A stretch of DNA of 64,000 nucleotides, from the NCBI GenBank assembly GCA_963716725.1, contig CAVQUB010000011.1, positions 160,001 to 224,000 on the forward strand, read 5' to 3'. The notes beneath the pieces were generated by a model that saw nothing but the letters and a program-made list of their open reading frames with translations, did not search any database and was not told the origin of the DNA. Every line of letters begins with the position of its first letter. Position 1 is the stretch's first letter. Shown piece after piece: positions 43,034-53,622 of this stretch. The DNA is from an uncultured delta proteobacterium (GTDB taxonomy: Bacteria; Myxococcota_A; Polyangia; Polyangiales; Polyangiaceae). The position numbers were made by a program, and so were the translations under genes.

Positions 43034-43723
43034 ATGCCCATCGCCCTGATTCACGCCGGTCTCCGCAGCGGTGCCGATGTGCCCGACGTGCTCTTCGACG
43101 CGATGTATTCCGCGAAGTGGCGAAGGGCGTCGCCGCAGTTCTGGAGTCCCGTGTGCGTCGCGCAGGTGGCGGCGCGATGGCTCACCGAGGGCGGCGCGAC
43201 ACGAATCTTGGACGTCGGTTGCGGCCCCGGGAAGCTCTGCGTCATCGGGGCCTTGACGACGCCCGCGTCGTTCGTCGGTGTGGAGCAGCGTGGCGAGCTG
43301 GTCGCAGAAGCTCGCGAGGCTGCCCGTCGTCTCGGGGTCGCCCACCGGGTTGCGATCGTGCACGGGGTGATCCAAGACCTGAGCTTCTCGGACTTCGAAG
43401 CTCTCTACTTCTACAACCCCCTCGGCGAGAACCTGCATGGCACCGAGGAGTGTCTCGACCGCACAGTCGAGTTGGGTGCTCGGCGGTTCCAGCGAGACAT
43501 GAACACCGTGGAGGCAGAGTTGGACCGCCTGCCCATCGACGCTCGCCTAGTGACGTACCATGGCCTCGGTGGTCGCATCCCGGACAGCTTCTCGCTCGAG
43601 CGAATCGAGCCCGCCGGAACCGACGTGCTGCGGCTTTGGATAAAATGCCGCGCCGAGAAGACCGGCTACCACGTGGAGAGCTACCACGGTGCGCGATCCG
43701 TGCGGACCGCGGCGTCGGCGTGA
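43034..43723 (+). CDS. Class I SAM-dependent methyltransferase
   Basis: ILDVGCGPGK motif I, FVGVE, LYFYNP. Confidence 0.85.
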   Translation: MPIALIHAGLRSGADVPDVLFDAMYSAKWRRASPQFWSPVCVAQVAARWLTEGGATRILDVGCGPGKLCVIGALTTPASFVGVEQRGELVAEAREAARRLGVAHRVAIVHGVIQDLSFSDFEALYFYNPLGENLHGTEECLDRTVELGARRFQRDMNTVEAELDRLPIDARLVTYHGLGGRIPDSFSLERIEPAGTDVLRLWIKCRAEKTGYHVESYHGARSVRTAASA

Positions 43724-43811
43724 GGCGGCGCTAGCAGGGGCACACCGCGAGCCCACCGAGCGCGGCTGACACGGCAATTTCCTGCTTCGGCGTGGGGCCT
43801 CGGGCCGGAGG

Positions 43812-46223
43812 TCACTCCACCACGAAGCGCACCGGCGCGCTGGCGCGGCCACCCGCGGTCTCGACATGCAGGCGATGCTCACCAGTCGCGAGGGGCCAGC
43901 TTAGCGAATACGGCGGTCCGCTGCTCCCGACCCGCCTGCCGTCGACGAAGTAGCTCATGCTCCCGGCTCCTGCTGACGCGCGCACGCGGAACACGACGGC
44001 CTGAGCCGCGGCAACGACCCCGGGATCTCGCAGGAAGCGCGCACCCTCGAAGGGATACTCCACGCGGGGAGCACTCTCGTCCCTCGGATCCGTCCCGGGG
44101 CAGCGCGGCGACCACGCCTCGGGGATCACGGGGCGCCCCGCGGTGCGCGCCCACGCCGCGTAGCGATCAGCGTAGTGCTCGCGGATCTCGGGTCTTGCCC
44201 CGGTACAGCCCGGACCCGCTCGCAAGCCGGTCGATGCGTCGATGGCGACGCTCACGTGCATCGAACAGGTCGTGCTCGGCGCTCGTCCCGCCGCGAAGCG
44301 TTCCCGGGAACGATGTCGGCAGTGTGGGCCGGGACGCTCGCCGGAAAGCGGGCAAATCTCGACGTCGATGAGGGTGCTCGACTCGCGAAGGGGGGCCGGC
44401 GAACGCTTGCGCATGGCCGCCATCATGACGTCACGGAATAGCGGCGCCGCGCCGGTGACCCCGCTCGAGCCGCGCATCGGCCGGCCGTCGAAGTTGCCGA
44501 CCCACACGCCCACGCTCACCTCGCGGGTGTAGCCAACCGTCCAGTTGTCGCGATAGCCCTTCGATGTCCCGGTCTTCGCTGCGGTCGGAAAGTCGAGTTC
44601 CAACACGCTGCCACGGCCGAAGGCGGCGGCGCGCGCGTTTGGATCGGCGAGCACGTCGGTCAGCAGAGCGGCGACGTCGCGCGAAAGCACGCTAGTTGTC
44701 TCGATGGGCGGCAGCGCGATGGACCCGCCGCCCGCAAGGCGCGCCTGCTTCACCGCGCGTAGGGGCCGGTGCTCTCCGTCGCGCGCCAAGGTGGCGTAGG
44801 CGTTGGTGAGCTCAGCGAGCGTGACCTCGCCGTCGCCCAGGGCGATGGCCGCGCCGTAGTGATCGGCCGCGCGATCGAGAGACGCAAATCCGACTCGGTG
44901 CAGCAGCTCGAGCACGTTCGCGGGACCCGCCTCTTGGGCCACGGCCACCGCCGGCACGTTGTATGAGTTGCCGAGCGCCTCGCGCAGGCGCACCGGGCCG
45001 TGATAGCGACCGTCGTAGTTGCGCGGTGAGTAGTCGCCGCCGGCCGTGCTCAAGTGCAGCTCGACGTCGGGCAGCAAGCTGGCCACGTGCAGCCCGAGCC
45101 GAGCCATGCCCACGGCGTAGACGAAGGGCTTCAGCGTGGATCCGGGCTGGCGACGTGCGATCACGCCGTCGTTTTGGCCCTGACCCCGGTGGTCGAAGAA
45201 GTCCGGGGCGCCGACGTACGCGAGCACGTCGCCGGTCGCATTGTCGACGACGATCACGGACGCCGCCGAAGCATCGACAGACGCCAGTCGGTCGCGCGCC
45301 TGTCGGACGAGCTCGCTCACCTCCCGCTGCATGTCCGCGTCGAGCGTGGTCTCGACATCTATCAGCTCTCGGCCCGCGAGCTCCCTCTGGAGGGCTCCCG
45401 AAAGCACGGCTCTCACGAAATGCTGCGCGCCGCCTTCGACCTGACCGGGCCGGACCAGGATGGGCTCGGCCTTCGCACGTTCAACCGCGTCCGCGCTGGC
45501 GAAACCGCTGTCGAGCATCCGATCGAGGACGCGGTTTCGCCGACGCTCGAGGCGCTCGGTGCCGCGTCGGGGATCGTAGAGCGTGGGCCCACGCGGCATG
45601 GACGCGAGCGCCGCGGCTTCGGACAGGCTCAGCTTGTTCGCGGGCTTGTCGAAGTAGAGCCGGCTCGCGGCCTCGATGCCGCGCACGTTCGGCCCGAACT
45701 CCACTCGGTTCAGGTACTGCTCGAGGATGGTGCGCTTGTCGAGGGCCGCGTCGACGCGGACGGCGATGGCCATCTCACGCAGCTTGCCGCGCACGGTGCG
45801 GGGGCGTGCGACAACGTTCTTGACCAGCTGCTGCGTGATGGTGCTGGCCCCGGAGACGATGCGTCGGTGCCAGAGCGCTTGCCCAAAGGCACGAGCCATG
45901 GCCAGCGGATCGAGGCCAAAATGCGCAAAAAACCGCGCATCTTCCGCAGCCAAGAGCGCCAACGGCACCTCCGGGGGCAGCTCGGAGAGCGTCACTGGTG
46001 CGGCGAGGACTCCGCCATCGGCGCGGACCTCGCGCAGCAGTCGTCCGTGCGTGTCGTACACACGAACGCTCCCGGGCTCGACGCCGGCGCCGCCCGCCAC
46101 CAGGGCCGCGGGCACCGGCTCGAGCAGCGCTGCCACCGCGAGACACACAATCGGCGCGAGCAGGGTGCCCAAGACCGCGCGCACCCAAGCCGTGCGCAGG
46201 ACGCGGAGCAGAGGCGCCTTCAC
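43812..46223 (-). CDS. pbpC: Penicillin-binding protein 1C
   Basis: Transglycosylase EDARF, GASTITQQ; transpeptidase GSTLKP, SYN, KTGT; C-terminal Ig-like domain; GTG overlaps A2M stop. Confidence 0.92.
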   Translation of the reverse strand: MKAPLLRVLRTAWVRAVLGTLLAPIVCLAVAALLEPVPAALVAGGAGVEPGSVRVYDTHGRLLREVRADGGVLAAPVTLSELPPEVPLALLAAEDARFFAHFGLDPLAMARAFGQALWHRRIVSGASTITQQLVKNVVARPRTVRGKLREMAIAVRVDAALDKRTILEQYLNRVEFGPNVRGIEAASRLYFDKPANKLSLSEAAALASMPRGPTLYDPRRGTERLERRRNRVLDRMLDSGFASADAVERAKAEPILVRPGQVEGGAQHFVRAVLSGALQRELAGRELIDVETTLDADMQREVSELVRQARDRLASVDASAASVIVVDNATGDVLAYVGAPDFFDHRGQGQNDGVIARRQPGSTLKPFVYAVGMARLGLHVASLLPDVELHLSTAGGDYSPRNYDGRYHGPVRLREALGNSYNVPAVAVAQEAGPANVLELLHRVGFASLDRAADHYGAAIALGDGEVTLAELTNAYATLARDGEHRPLRAVKQARLAGGGSIALPPIETTSVLSRDVAALLTDVLADPNARAAAFGRGSVLELDFPTAAKTGTSKGYRDNWTVGYTREVSVGVWVGNFDGRPMRGSSGVTGAAPLFRDVMMAAMRKRSPAPLRESSTLIDVEICPLSGERPGPHCRHRSRERFAAGRAPSTTCSMHVSVAIDASTGLRAGPGCTGARPEIREHYADRYAAWARTAGRPVIPEAWSPRCPGTDPRDESAPRVEYPFEGARFLRDPGVVAAAQAVVFRVRASAGAGSMSYFVDGRRVGSSGPPYSLSWPLATGEHRLHVETAGGRASAPVRFVVE

Positions 46224-49200
46224 CGAACCTCCACCAGCGTCGCTCCGGTACGGCCGAAGGTCTCTGGCGTGTACATCTCTTCCGCCTTGGTCGGCGGAAC
46301 GACGAACTTCCCGAGCGTCGTCGCGCGCGCCAGGTAGCGGTAGTGGTACATGCCCGCCGCCATCTGGTCGACGAAGAAGAGCACACGGTCGTCTCGCAAT
46401 TCGCGCCGGTACCAGCTCTCCAGGAAGGCTCCGCCGTGGGCCTGCCAATCGTCTTCGTCTTCGTCGCAGTCGTAGCAGTCGTCATCACCCCCCTCCCCCC
46501 CGGAGTCGGGGATGCGGAGCCAGGCGGCGGTGTTCGAAAGGTTGGCGTCCACGGCCTCGAGGCCCGCAGGCAGCGGATCGTCGATGGCCACGAAGTGGCG
46601 AGGGCTCGGCGTGACGACGACCACGTCCACCATCACCAGATCCCCACCCGCGAGCGCTCGGAGGCTGACGTCGGGCACGGTCTTCATGGCGTCGGCCAGG
46701 GTCTCGGGAGTGACCTTGCGCAGGGTCTTCTGCACGAAAAACCCGCGATCCAGGGGCGCCGCCGGCAGCGTCGTGCGGGCGTACCTGAGCCGTGCCTCGT
46801 AAAATAGCGTGCCCGAGCCCTGCTTCTCGAACACCAGGGTGCCGCCCGCCCCGAGCTTGGCAGTCGGGATCTGGTGGCTGACCGCCGCGACCGACCGGCC
46901 GCGCATCTCGGCCTGCGCGAGCTCAGTTCCCGAGAGCCAGATGCGCGCGAGGTAGTCCGGGACGACCTTCTCTTCAGAGCGCCGGTACTGGTCGAGCGCC
47001 ACCAGCGCGAAGGCCGCCTCTTGGGTCGTGCGCCACGCACCGCCCTTGCGCACCGCGACCAGCCCACGCGCCAGCTTGGACGCCATCGGGTGCCCGGGTC
47101 GGGCGGCGACCAACGCTCGCAGGACCAGCGCACTCGTGCGCGCCGACGAGTCCATCAGTACTGCGTAGTCGTCGCCGAGGTTCTCGTTGGCAAAGGCCAT
47201 GTTCGCGTCGAGGTGCAGCTGGCCTTCGACTTCGCCCGCGAGCAGATCAATCATCTCGCGCTTCTGCTTCGACACCGAGAGCGCGTGCAAGAGCAGCGCT
47301 TGACCGAAGAGCGGCATCTTCTTCCGACGCTCGTAGAGCCGGCTCATGTAGCCGGTGTCCGGAGCGCCGACCTCGGCCAGAACATCGACGATGAACGCCG
47401 CACTCACCAACCACAGCTCGTCCTCGCGCGCCTGCTCGAGGTAGCGGCGCACGTAGCCCTTTGCCTGATCGATCGCCCGCGCGGGCACGGCAGCGCCCCG
47501 CGCCTTGGCCTGGTACAGCGTCCAGAGCGCGTAAGTGCTGACCCAAGACGAACTCTCCGGGGAGTCCGGCCACATGCCGAAGCCGCCATCGCCACGCTGT
47601 CGCGCCAAGATATCGGCGACGGTCTTGTCGACGACCGCGCCAACGTTCTTCGGCAAAGGGAAGTTGAAGTCCTTGGCCAGCTCGCGCAACGGCACCAAGG
47701 GCAGCAGGCGGCTCGCGAGCTGCTCCGTGCAGCCGTAGGGGTACTCGATCAGCTGCTCGACTCCAGCGTCGAGACCCACCAAGGCGGTGCTGGCCATCGA
47801 CACGTGGAGCGAGCCCACGTCCCGGCGGATCGCGCTCAAATCGCCGATTTTCTCGCCGCTGGCCTGATCGGTCTCACCGTAGAGCGCCACGGCCTCCATC
47901 ACTGTCGGGACCTGCACCTCGCGTTCGACCTCGACCGCGTCGTGCTCGCCTTCGGCCTTCGCGTCGAAGCGCAGCTTGGCCCGCCCGGCGCTCTTGGCCA
48001 GCATCGGGAAGCGCACCTCGACGGACTCGTCGCGCCCGAGCTTCACGACGCGCTGGGCATCGCCGCCAAGTTCGAGTCCATCGACCTTGGCCGTCACGGT
48101 CACGTCGGCTGGTCCGAAGCCCTTCGACGTGACGACCACGCCGGCGTCGAGCTTGTCCCCGGCGCGCACGAAGCGCGGCAACGCGGGGCGCGCCATCAGC
48201 CGACGGCTGGTCACCACGCGGGACTCGCCGTAGCCGTAGCGATCGTCGATGCTGGTCGCCACCGCCATCAAGCGGTAGGTAGTCAGGCTCTCGGGGATCT
48301 TGAAGCTGACCTTGGCGAAGCCCTTGTCGTCGGTGGTCAGCGTTGGGTTGAAATAGGCACTCTGACGGAAGTCACGCCGCGCCGAGCGCCCGCTTCCGCC
48401 GCCGTCTCCGCCTTCCTGGCCCTTCTCCAGACCGAGGGTCGCGCCCAGATCGAGGCCGAGCTTCGCCAGCGAGTCCCGCGATTCGACGGTGGCCACTTGC
48501 AGGGGCCGCGACGCGGTGAACACCGGCAGCGGGTCCGGGGTCTTGTAGCCAATCAGGCTGAGCACGCCCTCGTCGACGGCGTACAGCGTCACCTCGGCGC
48601 TCTTGGGTTTTCCGGCAGCGTCGCGCACCGACACCTCCACTTCGGCCGTCGCGCCGGGTCGAAGCTCCTTCTGCTTGGGGCGAACGTCGACCTTGAGCCG
48701 CCTCGCTTCCGGATCGATGACCAGCTCTGCGTAGCCGACGCGATACTGCGGAGCCCCGACGTCGGGCTTGCTGCGATCGCTCGGCGCTTCCTTCTTGCGC
48801 CCGCGGATCAGATGCACCGAGACGAAGGCATTGGGCCTGAATTCGTCGCTGATCGGTACCTCGATGGTCGGCGTGGGCCCCAGGAGCTTCCTGCGCTCCG
48901 ATCGGTAGACGCCGGCGCGTTCGATGGTGACCAGCGCTTCGGCGTCCGGGTACGGTGACTTCACGAGCACCCGCGCGGTTTCGCCGACGCGGTACGATTT
49001 CTTGTTGAGCGCGAGCTCGAGGCTCATGCGATCGCTGTCGCGCCAGGTGGCCCCGCCGGGACCGATCCCGAAGAAGCCCTGGGCGGCTTGGACCGGGTTC
49101 TTGCGCTCGTCGACGGAGCGCGCCCGCAAGAGATAGTAGCCTCCCTCGCTCACGTCGAGCGAACAGCTCGCCGGGGCGGCTCCCGTGACCACCGAGCAGG

Positions 49201-51964
49201 AGCCGGCGACCGTGTCGACGGCCTTCGACTCCGAGTGGTAGCGCCCTCCGCCGATCTCCTGCCGGGCGAGGGTCCACTTGCGTCGCACCAGCTCGACATC
49301 GACCTTCTTGCCGCCGACCTTCTCGCCCTTTGGCGAGAGAGCCACCACGGCCGCGGTGACCTTGCCAGGCGCGTTGACGAAGTAGTCGTCGAGCTGACGC
49401 AGACCCAGGTAGTACGTCGCCGGATGCACCACCGCGCTGGTGCTTCCGCCGAGCGCTTGCCGCGACACGTCAGTGACCTCCGCGTCCAGCGTCACCAGCT
49501 CCGGTCCGCGCTGTCCAGGCAGGGCGAGGCTGGCTTCGACCGTGGTCTTGCCCTGCTCATCGAGCTTGCCCGCCTTGCTCTCGAGCTGAGCCGCGCCGCG
49601 GTCGGCGTTTTCGGCATCGGCGAAGTAGTCGCCGCCATCAGTGACAAAGCCCTCGCTGCCGGGCGGCGAGAAATACGACTGGCTGCGGGTGACCGTGGTG
49701 CGGACGCTGGCCTTGCCCATCGGGGAGCCGAACAAGTAGTCGCCGCGCGCGGTCCAGCGGGCGCGATCCCCTCGCACGTACTCCGGTCGATCACTCTCGG
49801 CGCTCACCTTGAACTCCGCCGGGCGGTACTCCGCGACCTCGAAGTACTGACTCACCGCGTCTTCACGGCCGAGGCCGTCGACGCGGAGCTGCCAGCTGCC
49901 GAGCGCCCCCGTGCGCGGCACTTTGACCGTTGCGTGGAAGGTCCCGAAGCGGGTCGCCGTGACCTTCTGCCGCGAGACCTTCTCGCCATCCGGAGAGCGC
50001 AGCTCGACTTCGAGGGCGAGGCCCTTGGGGATCGAGTTTCCGGTCGGGATCTCGGTGCGCACAATGCCCTTGACCTGCACCGAGTCACCGGGGCGGTAGA
50101 TCCCGCGCTCGGTGAACATCATGCCGTAGCTGCGCTGCTCGCCGGACAAATCGGTGGAGACACCGAAGCGCCAGGCGTCCAAGTGATCGGCCGCGTAGCG
50201 GAACGCCCAGTCGTCCCCGCTCTTGGCGATGATGACCGCGCGCGCGGCCGGTTCGTCTTTGTCGAAATTGGGCTGGTAGTCCGCCGCGGGGATCAACGCG
50301 ATGCCCCGAGCGTCGGCCTCGTAGGTCTTGGCGGCGCCACCCGGGCGGTGCAACTCCACCTTGGCCCCGCCCACTGGCGCTCCGTCGGAGAGCCGCGTGA
50401 CCCAAACCAGGGACCCGTGACGCGAGAGTTTGGCGCTGATGGCGAGATCGGTCACCTGCAGGAGTCGCACGTCGGTACCGACACGCTCACCCTCGGGTCG
50501 CACGCCCTTCTTGGCTTGGCGCTCGACCCAGCGGATGCCGACGGCCATGGGACCTCGGTGAGCGCCGGGCAAAACACCAGCGGGATCGACTCGCTCCTTG
50601 GCGAGCGTGTTGATGGCCGTCGTGGGCCTCACGGTTCGCGGCTTCGCACCCGACACCTTGCCGAGAGCGGCAAAGCGAGTCTCGATACGCTGATGCTCGG
50701 CGAGAGCCAGCAGATCCGCCGGCGCCAGCGCCGCGGTGATCAGCTCGTATCGATCGACGTTCACCGCCCCGATCGTCAGCGGTCGCATGGCCTTGGGTTC
50801 GAGCACGTCTCCCGCAATGCCGATTTCAACGGTGGGCCAGAGGTTGTCTACGATGACCTTCTCGACGTGGGCCTTGGCCATGCGCTGACCGTAGCGATCG
50901 CTGAGATCACCGCTGACGCGCAGGGTATAGGTCGTGCCTGGGCGCAGCTTCACCGACAGGCTCGAGTAAGTGGTCTGCGAGTTGTCCTCGCGCCAGCTCT
51001 CCCACTCGAGCCCCGCGGCGGGCGTGATGCTCAGCGCTCTCCGCAGGGCCTTGAACGCCACCGGATTGGTCAGCTCGATACCGAGACCTGAGCCGGCCAT
51101 GCAGTGCCCGTTCGGCGTGTCGCGGTTGCAGGTCAGGCGCTGTACTGCCAGTGGTCCGTAGGTCTCGAAAGTGATCGGCTCGGGCGTGCCTGCGGGCAAC
51201 GGTCCTTCTTCGCCGATCAGAGCCGCTCCGATAGTGAACGTAAAGCTCGAGTGGATCGGCAACGGAGCAGCGGGGATCACCTCGAGCCGCTTGGGCTGCT
51301 GGGGATCGGGTCGCTTCACGCTGAACTTTAGCGGCCGCGCCTTGCCCGCGGTGGTCGCCACCAGTGAACTCACACGCGTCAAGACCTCGGGGTCGACTGG
51401 CTGATTGAACCTGAACGAGAGCGTGGTCTTGGGTTCGAGGCCGGTCGCGCCCGAACGCGGAGTCGAACGCACCAGGCGCGGCGGCGGCGTCTTCAGCGTG
51501 AAGCGGTGCAGGGCACCCAGCGTGGATCCGTCGAGCGCCCGGGTTGCCGCCGGAACTTCGACCGTGATCGGAGTGGCGCCGGGCAAGCGACCCGTCTTTG
51601 GCACGAAGACCAGAGCCCGCGTTCCCACCCACTGCCATCGCCCATCCAGCTTCGGCGTCAGTTCGATGGGCGGCGGCGCTTCGTCACCGGCGAGATCGAG
51701 GGCGCGCAGTGGCCGGCTGAAGACCACGCTCAGCTCCGCGCCCACGGTGGCGTCGCCCTGGGGGCCCGAGAACACCACGCGGAATGGCCCGTCGCCCGAG
51801 CGCCCCCCGCCGCCCTTGTCCAGCGACAGGGTGCGCGAAGGAGAGACGACGGGCATCGTCGCGCCGCCGGGCACACAAGCTACCGCCACCAGCAAAAGCA
51901 GCGTCTGCAACAGGCGAAATCGCCGAAACCAAGACCGTTGCCCCGCGGGGCGAGCGTCGCGCAT
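46220..51964 (-). CDS. Bacterial alpha-2-macroglobulin lipoprotein
   Basis: Lipobox AVAC, TERGIYRPGD, AVDEGVL, thioester YPYGCTEQ, DPLPAGLE, AEEMY.PE.FGR. Confidence 0.95.
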   Translation of the reverse strand: MRDARPAGQRSWFRRFRLLQTLLLLVAVACVPGGATMPVVSPSRTLSLDKGGGGRSGDGPFRVVFSGPQGDATVGAELSVVFSRPLRALDLAGDEAPPPIELTPKLDGRWQWVGTRALVFVPKTGRLPGATPITVEVPAATRALDGSTLGALHRFTLKTPPPRLVRSTPRSGATGLEPKTTLSFRFNQPVDPEVLTRVSSLVATTAGKARPLKFSVKRPDPQQPKRLEVIPAAPLPIHSSFTFTIGAALIGEEGPLPAGTPEPITFETYGPLAVQRLTCNRDTPNGHCMAGSGLGIELTNPVAFKALRRALSITPAAGLEWESWREDNSQTTYSSLSVKLRPGTTYTLRVSGDLSDRYGQRMAKAHVEKVIVDNLWPTVEIGIAGDVLEPKAMRPLTIGAVNVDRYELITAALAPADLLALAEHQRIETRFAALGKVSGAKPRTVRPTTAINTLAKERVDPAGVLPGAHRGPMAVGIRWVERQAKKGVRPEGERVGTDVRLLQVTDLAISAKLSRHGSLVWVTRLSDGAPVGGAKVELHRPGGAAKTYEADARGIALIPAADYQPNFDKDEPAARAVIIAKSGDDWAFRYAADHLDAWRFGVSTDLSGEQRSYGMMFTERGIYRPGDSVQVKGIVRTEIPTGNSIPKGLALEVELRSPDGEKVSRQKVTATRFGTFHATVKVPRTGALGSWQLRVDGLGREDAVSQYFEVAEYRPAEFKVSAESDRPEYVRGDRARWTARGDYLFGSPMGKASVRTTVTRSQSYFSPPGSEGFVTDGGDYFADAENADRGAAQLESKAGKLDEQGKTTVEASLALPGQRGPELVTLDAEVTDVSRQALGGSTSAVVHPATYYLGLRQLDDYFVNAPGKVTAAVVALSPKGEKVGGKKVDVELVRRKWTLARQEIGGGRYHSESKAVDTVAGSCSVVTGAAPASCSLDVSEGGYYLLRARSVDERKNPVQAAQGFFGIGPGGATWRDSDRMSLELALNKKSYRVGETARVLVKSPYPDAEALVTIERAGVYRSERRKLLGPTPTIEVPISDEFRPNAFVSVHLIRGRKKEAPSDRSKPDVGAPQYRVGYAELVIDPEARRLKVDVRPKQKELRPGATAEVEVSVRDAAGKPKSAEVTLYAVDEGVLSLIGYKTPDPLPVFTASRPLQVATVESRDSLAKLGLDLGATLGLEKGQEGGDGGGSGRSARRDFRQSAYFNPTLTTDDKGFAKVSFKIPESLTTYRLMAVATSIDDRYGYGESRVVTSRRLMARPALPRFVRAGDKLDAGVVVTSKGFGPADVTVTAKVDGLELGGDAQRVVKLGRDESVEVRFPMLAKSAGRAKLRFDAKAEGEHDAVEVEREVQVPTVMEAVALYGETDQASGEKIGDLSAIRRDVGSLHVSMASTALVGLDAGVEQLIEYPYGCTEQLASRLLPLVPLRELAKDFNFPLPKNVGAVVDKTVADILARQRGDGGFGMWPDSPESSSWVSTYALWTLYQAKARGAAVPARAIDQAKGYVRRYLEQAREDELWLVSAAFIVDVLAEVGAPDTGYMSRLYERRKKMPLFGQALLLHALSVSKQKREMIDLLAGEVEGQLHLDANMAFANENLGDDYAVLMDSSARTSALVLRALVAARPGHPMASKLARGLVAVRKGGAWRTTQEAAFALVALDQYRRSEEKVVPDYLARIWLSGTELAQAEMRGRSVAAVSHQIPTAKLGAGGTLVFEKQGSGTLFYEARLRYARTTLPAAPLDRGFFVQKTLRKVTPETLADAMKTVPDVSLRALAGGDLVMVDVVVVTPSPRHFVAIDDPLPAGLEAVDANLSNTAAWLRIPDSGGEGGDDDCYDCDEDEDDWQAHGGAFLESWYRRELRDDRVLFFVDQMAAGMYHYRYLARATTLGKFVVPPTKAEEMYTPETFGRTGATLVEVR

Positions 51965-52248
51965 CCGAGTCGTTCCTCCGGTGCCGCCCGTTCAGCAATG
52001 GGCGTGCCGCGGCTATACCCCGTCTTTCGCCGGACGTGGGCCCGGTGTCCGCCGGACTCCGTGGGCCTCCGGACCCACCCTGAGGCGATGGGCCCACAGC
52101 CCGCACGGCGACTCCGCCCCCCCGGATTCTCTCCGCCGCCACCCCTTCGAACCTGACCCGGAGCCCCACGAACCGAGAGAGCGGTACACGCAGCGGATTC
52201 GAGCAAGCGCTTCGCCCGCCGAGCGCGAGCGCCCCCCGCCTCACCGCG

Positions 52249-53049
52249 TTGGCATCGCGACACGCATGCTGCGCGAAGTCGCGGGGCGAGGCGAGCGGGG
52301 GTGACCGAAGTGCGTTAGACTGCCGCATCTTCTCCGCTCTGCGCGTCTCCATTCCGGTCGCTCTCCTGCTGCTCTCTGGACGATCCGTCGCTACCCCCAC
52401 GGCGAAGTTCCCAGAGCCGGTCGCGGCGGAGCCGGCGCCTCGATCGGCACCACCCAAGGCCGTCACCGCGCAACGTGAGCCCTGGGGTCGCGGCGCCGCC
52501 CGGGAGCACGTCCGGCGCGCGCGCGAACACACGCGTCGGGCCGACGCAGCCTTGGCCCTCGCGGAGCTGAACGAAGCCATCCGCTTCGATCCGAGCTTCG
52601 GCGACGCCTTCCTCGAGCTCGCTCTGCTGCGCGAGCGCATGGGTGATCTCGCTGAAGCCGAGCGCGTCTACGATCAGGCGGCACGCTTACCTGCCGTGCG
52701 AGCCGAGGCGCTCTTCGGACGCGCCCGCGTGGTCAAAGCGCGCGGGCACGACGACGAGGCGTTTCGCGATCTCGAAGCATCGGTGGAGCTTCAGCCTCAA
52801 CGCCGGAGCCTCGCGCTGTTGGCCGAGTGGTACGTGCAGCGGCGGGCCTGGCCCGCCGCGCTGGTAGCCTGGCGCCGCGTGCTGGCGAGCTACGACGGCG
52901 AACCGGGCCCCGATCGTGACCGGGTTCGCGTGCGTGTCCAGGCGCTCGTCCTGCTCGCCGCCGAGTCCGATCCGGTCGTCGGCGGCGCGGCGCACTCGCC
53001 CGGATGGGTGCGGCGGTCGCTGGCCCGAATGGCCAAGAAGCCCCGCTGA
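52249..53049 (+). CDS. Exported TPR protein
   Basis: AIRFDPSFGDAFLELA and related TPRs; hydrophobic signal-like segment; start likely downstream of track start. Confidence 0.65.
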   Translation: MASRHACCAKSRGEASGGDRSALDCRIFSALRVSIPVALLLLSGRSVATPTAKFPEPVAAEPAPRSAPPKAVTAQREPWGRGAAREHVRRAREHTRRADAALALAELNEAIRFDPSFGDAFLELALLRERMGDLAEAERVYDQAARLPAVRAEALFGRARVVKARGHDDEAFRDLEASVELQPQRRSLALLAEWYVQRRAWPAALVAWRRVLASYDGEPGPDRDRVRVRVQALVLLAAESDPVVGGAAHSPGWVRRSLARMAKKPR

Positions 53050-53460
53050 TCAGCCCACTAGATGCGCCTGAGCGACCCCGCGCACGTCGTCGGGCATCGG
53101 GCAGCTCTTCATCAAAGCCAGATCCGTGGTGACCACCGTGTGGTGCAGCTCCGCGGCGATCACGCGATCGCTCGCGCGGACGAAGTCGTAGCGCAGGGTC
53201 AGGCTACGGTTGCCGAGGCGCGAGACGCAGGTCTCGACGACCGTCGTGTCACCGTAACGCAGGGGCGCCCGGAAGTCGGTGTGCAGCGAGACCGCGGGCA
53301 GCCCGATGCGACGTTCGGTCACCAGGCGACAGTAGCCGCCCTCGAGCGGATCGAATAGCCGCTCCATGGCCTCGTGGGCGTAGGTGAGGAAGTGGGGGAA
53401 GAAGAGCAGCCCCGCAGGATCGACCTCGTGAAAGCGCACGATACGTTCGTAGGGAAACAC
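53050..53460 (-). CDS. 4HBT-like acyl-CoA thioesterase
   Basis: VRFHEVDPAGLLFFPHF, DFRAPLRYGD, RLGNRS hot-dog fold motifs. Confidence 0.88.
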   Translation of the reverse strand: MFPYERIVRFHEVDPAGLLFFPHFLTYAHEAMERLFDPLEGGYCRLVTERRIGLPAVSLHTDFRAPLRYGDTTVVETCVSRLGNRSLTLRYDFVRASDRVIAAELHHTVVTTDLALMKSCPMPDDVRGVAQAHLVG

Positions 53461-53512
53461 GCTCGGAGGTAGCACGACTGCCGCGACCCACGAAAGCGCC
53501 GCGACTCGGCAC

Positions 53513-53557
53513 CAGGCCAGCGAGGCCAGCCCGGCCAGCCCGGCCAGCCAGGCCAGC
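53513..53557. repeat. 9-bp tandem repeat x5 in divergent intergenic region
   Basis: CAGGCCAGC GAGGCCAGC CCGGCCAGC CCGGCCAGC CAGGCCAGC. Confidence 0.8.
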
Positions 53558-53622
53558 CAGACGCGTCCACCGTCCACCGGCGCCCTTGCCGCTTGGGGGG
53601 TTTTGCCGGACACTTCTGATCC

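Noticed and set aside
43812..51964. A2M-pbpC pair as a novel system
   Set aside because: Well-known conserved gene pair (yfhM-pbpC type)
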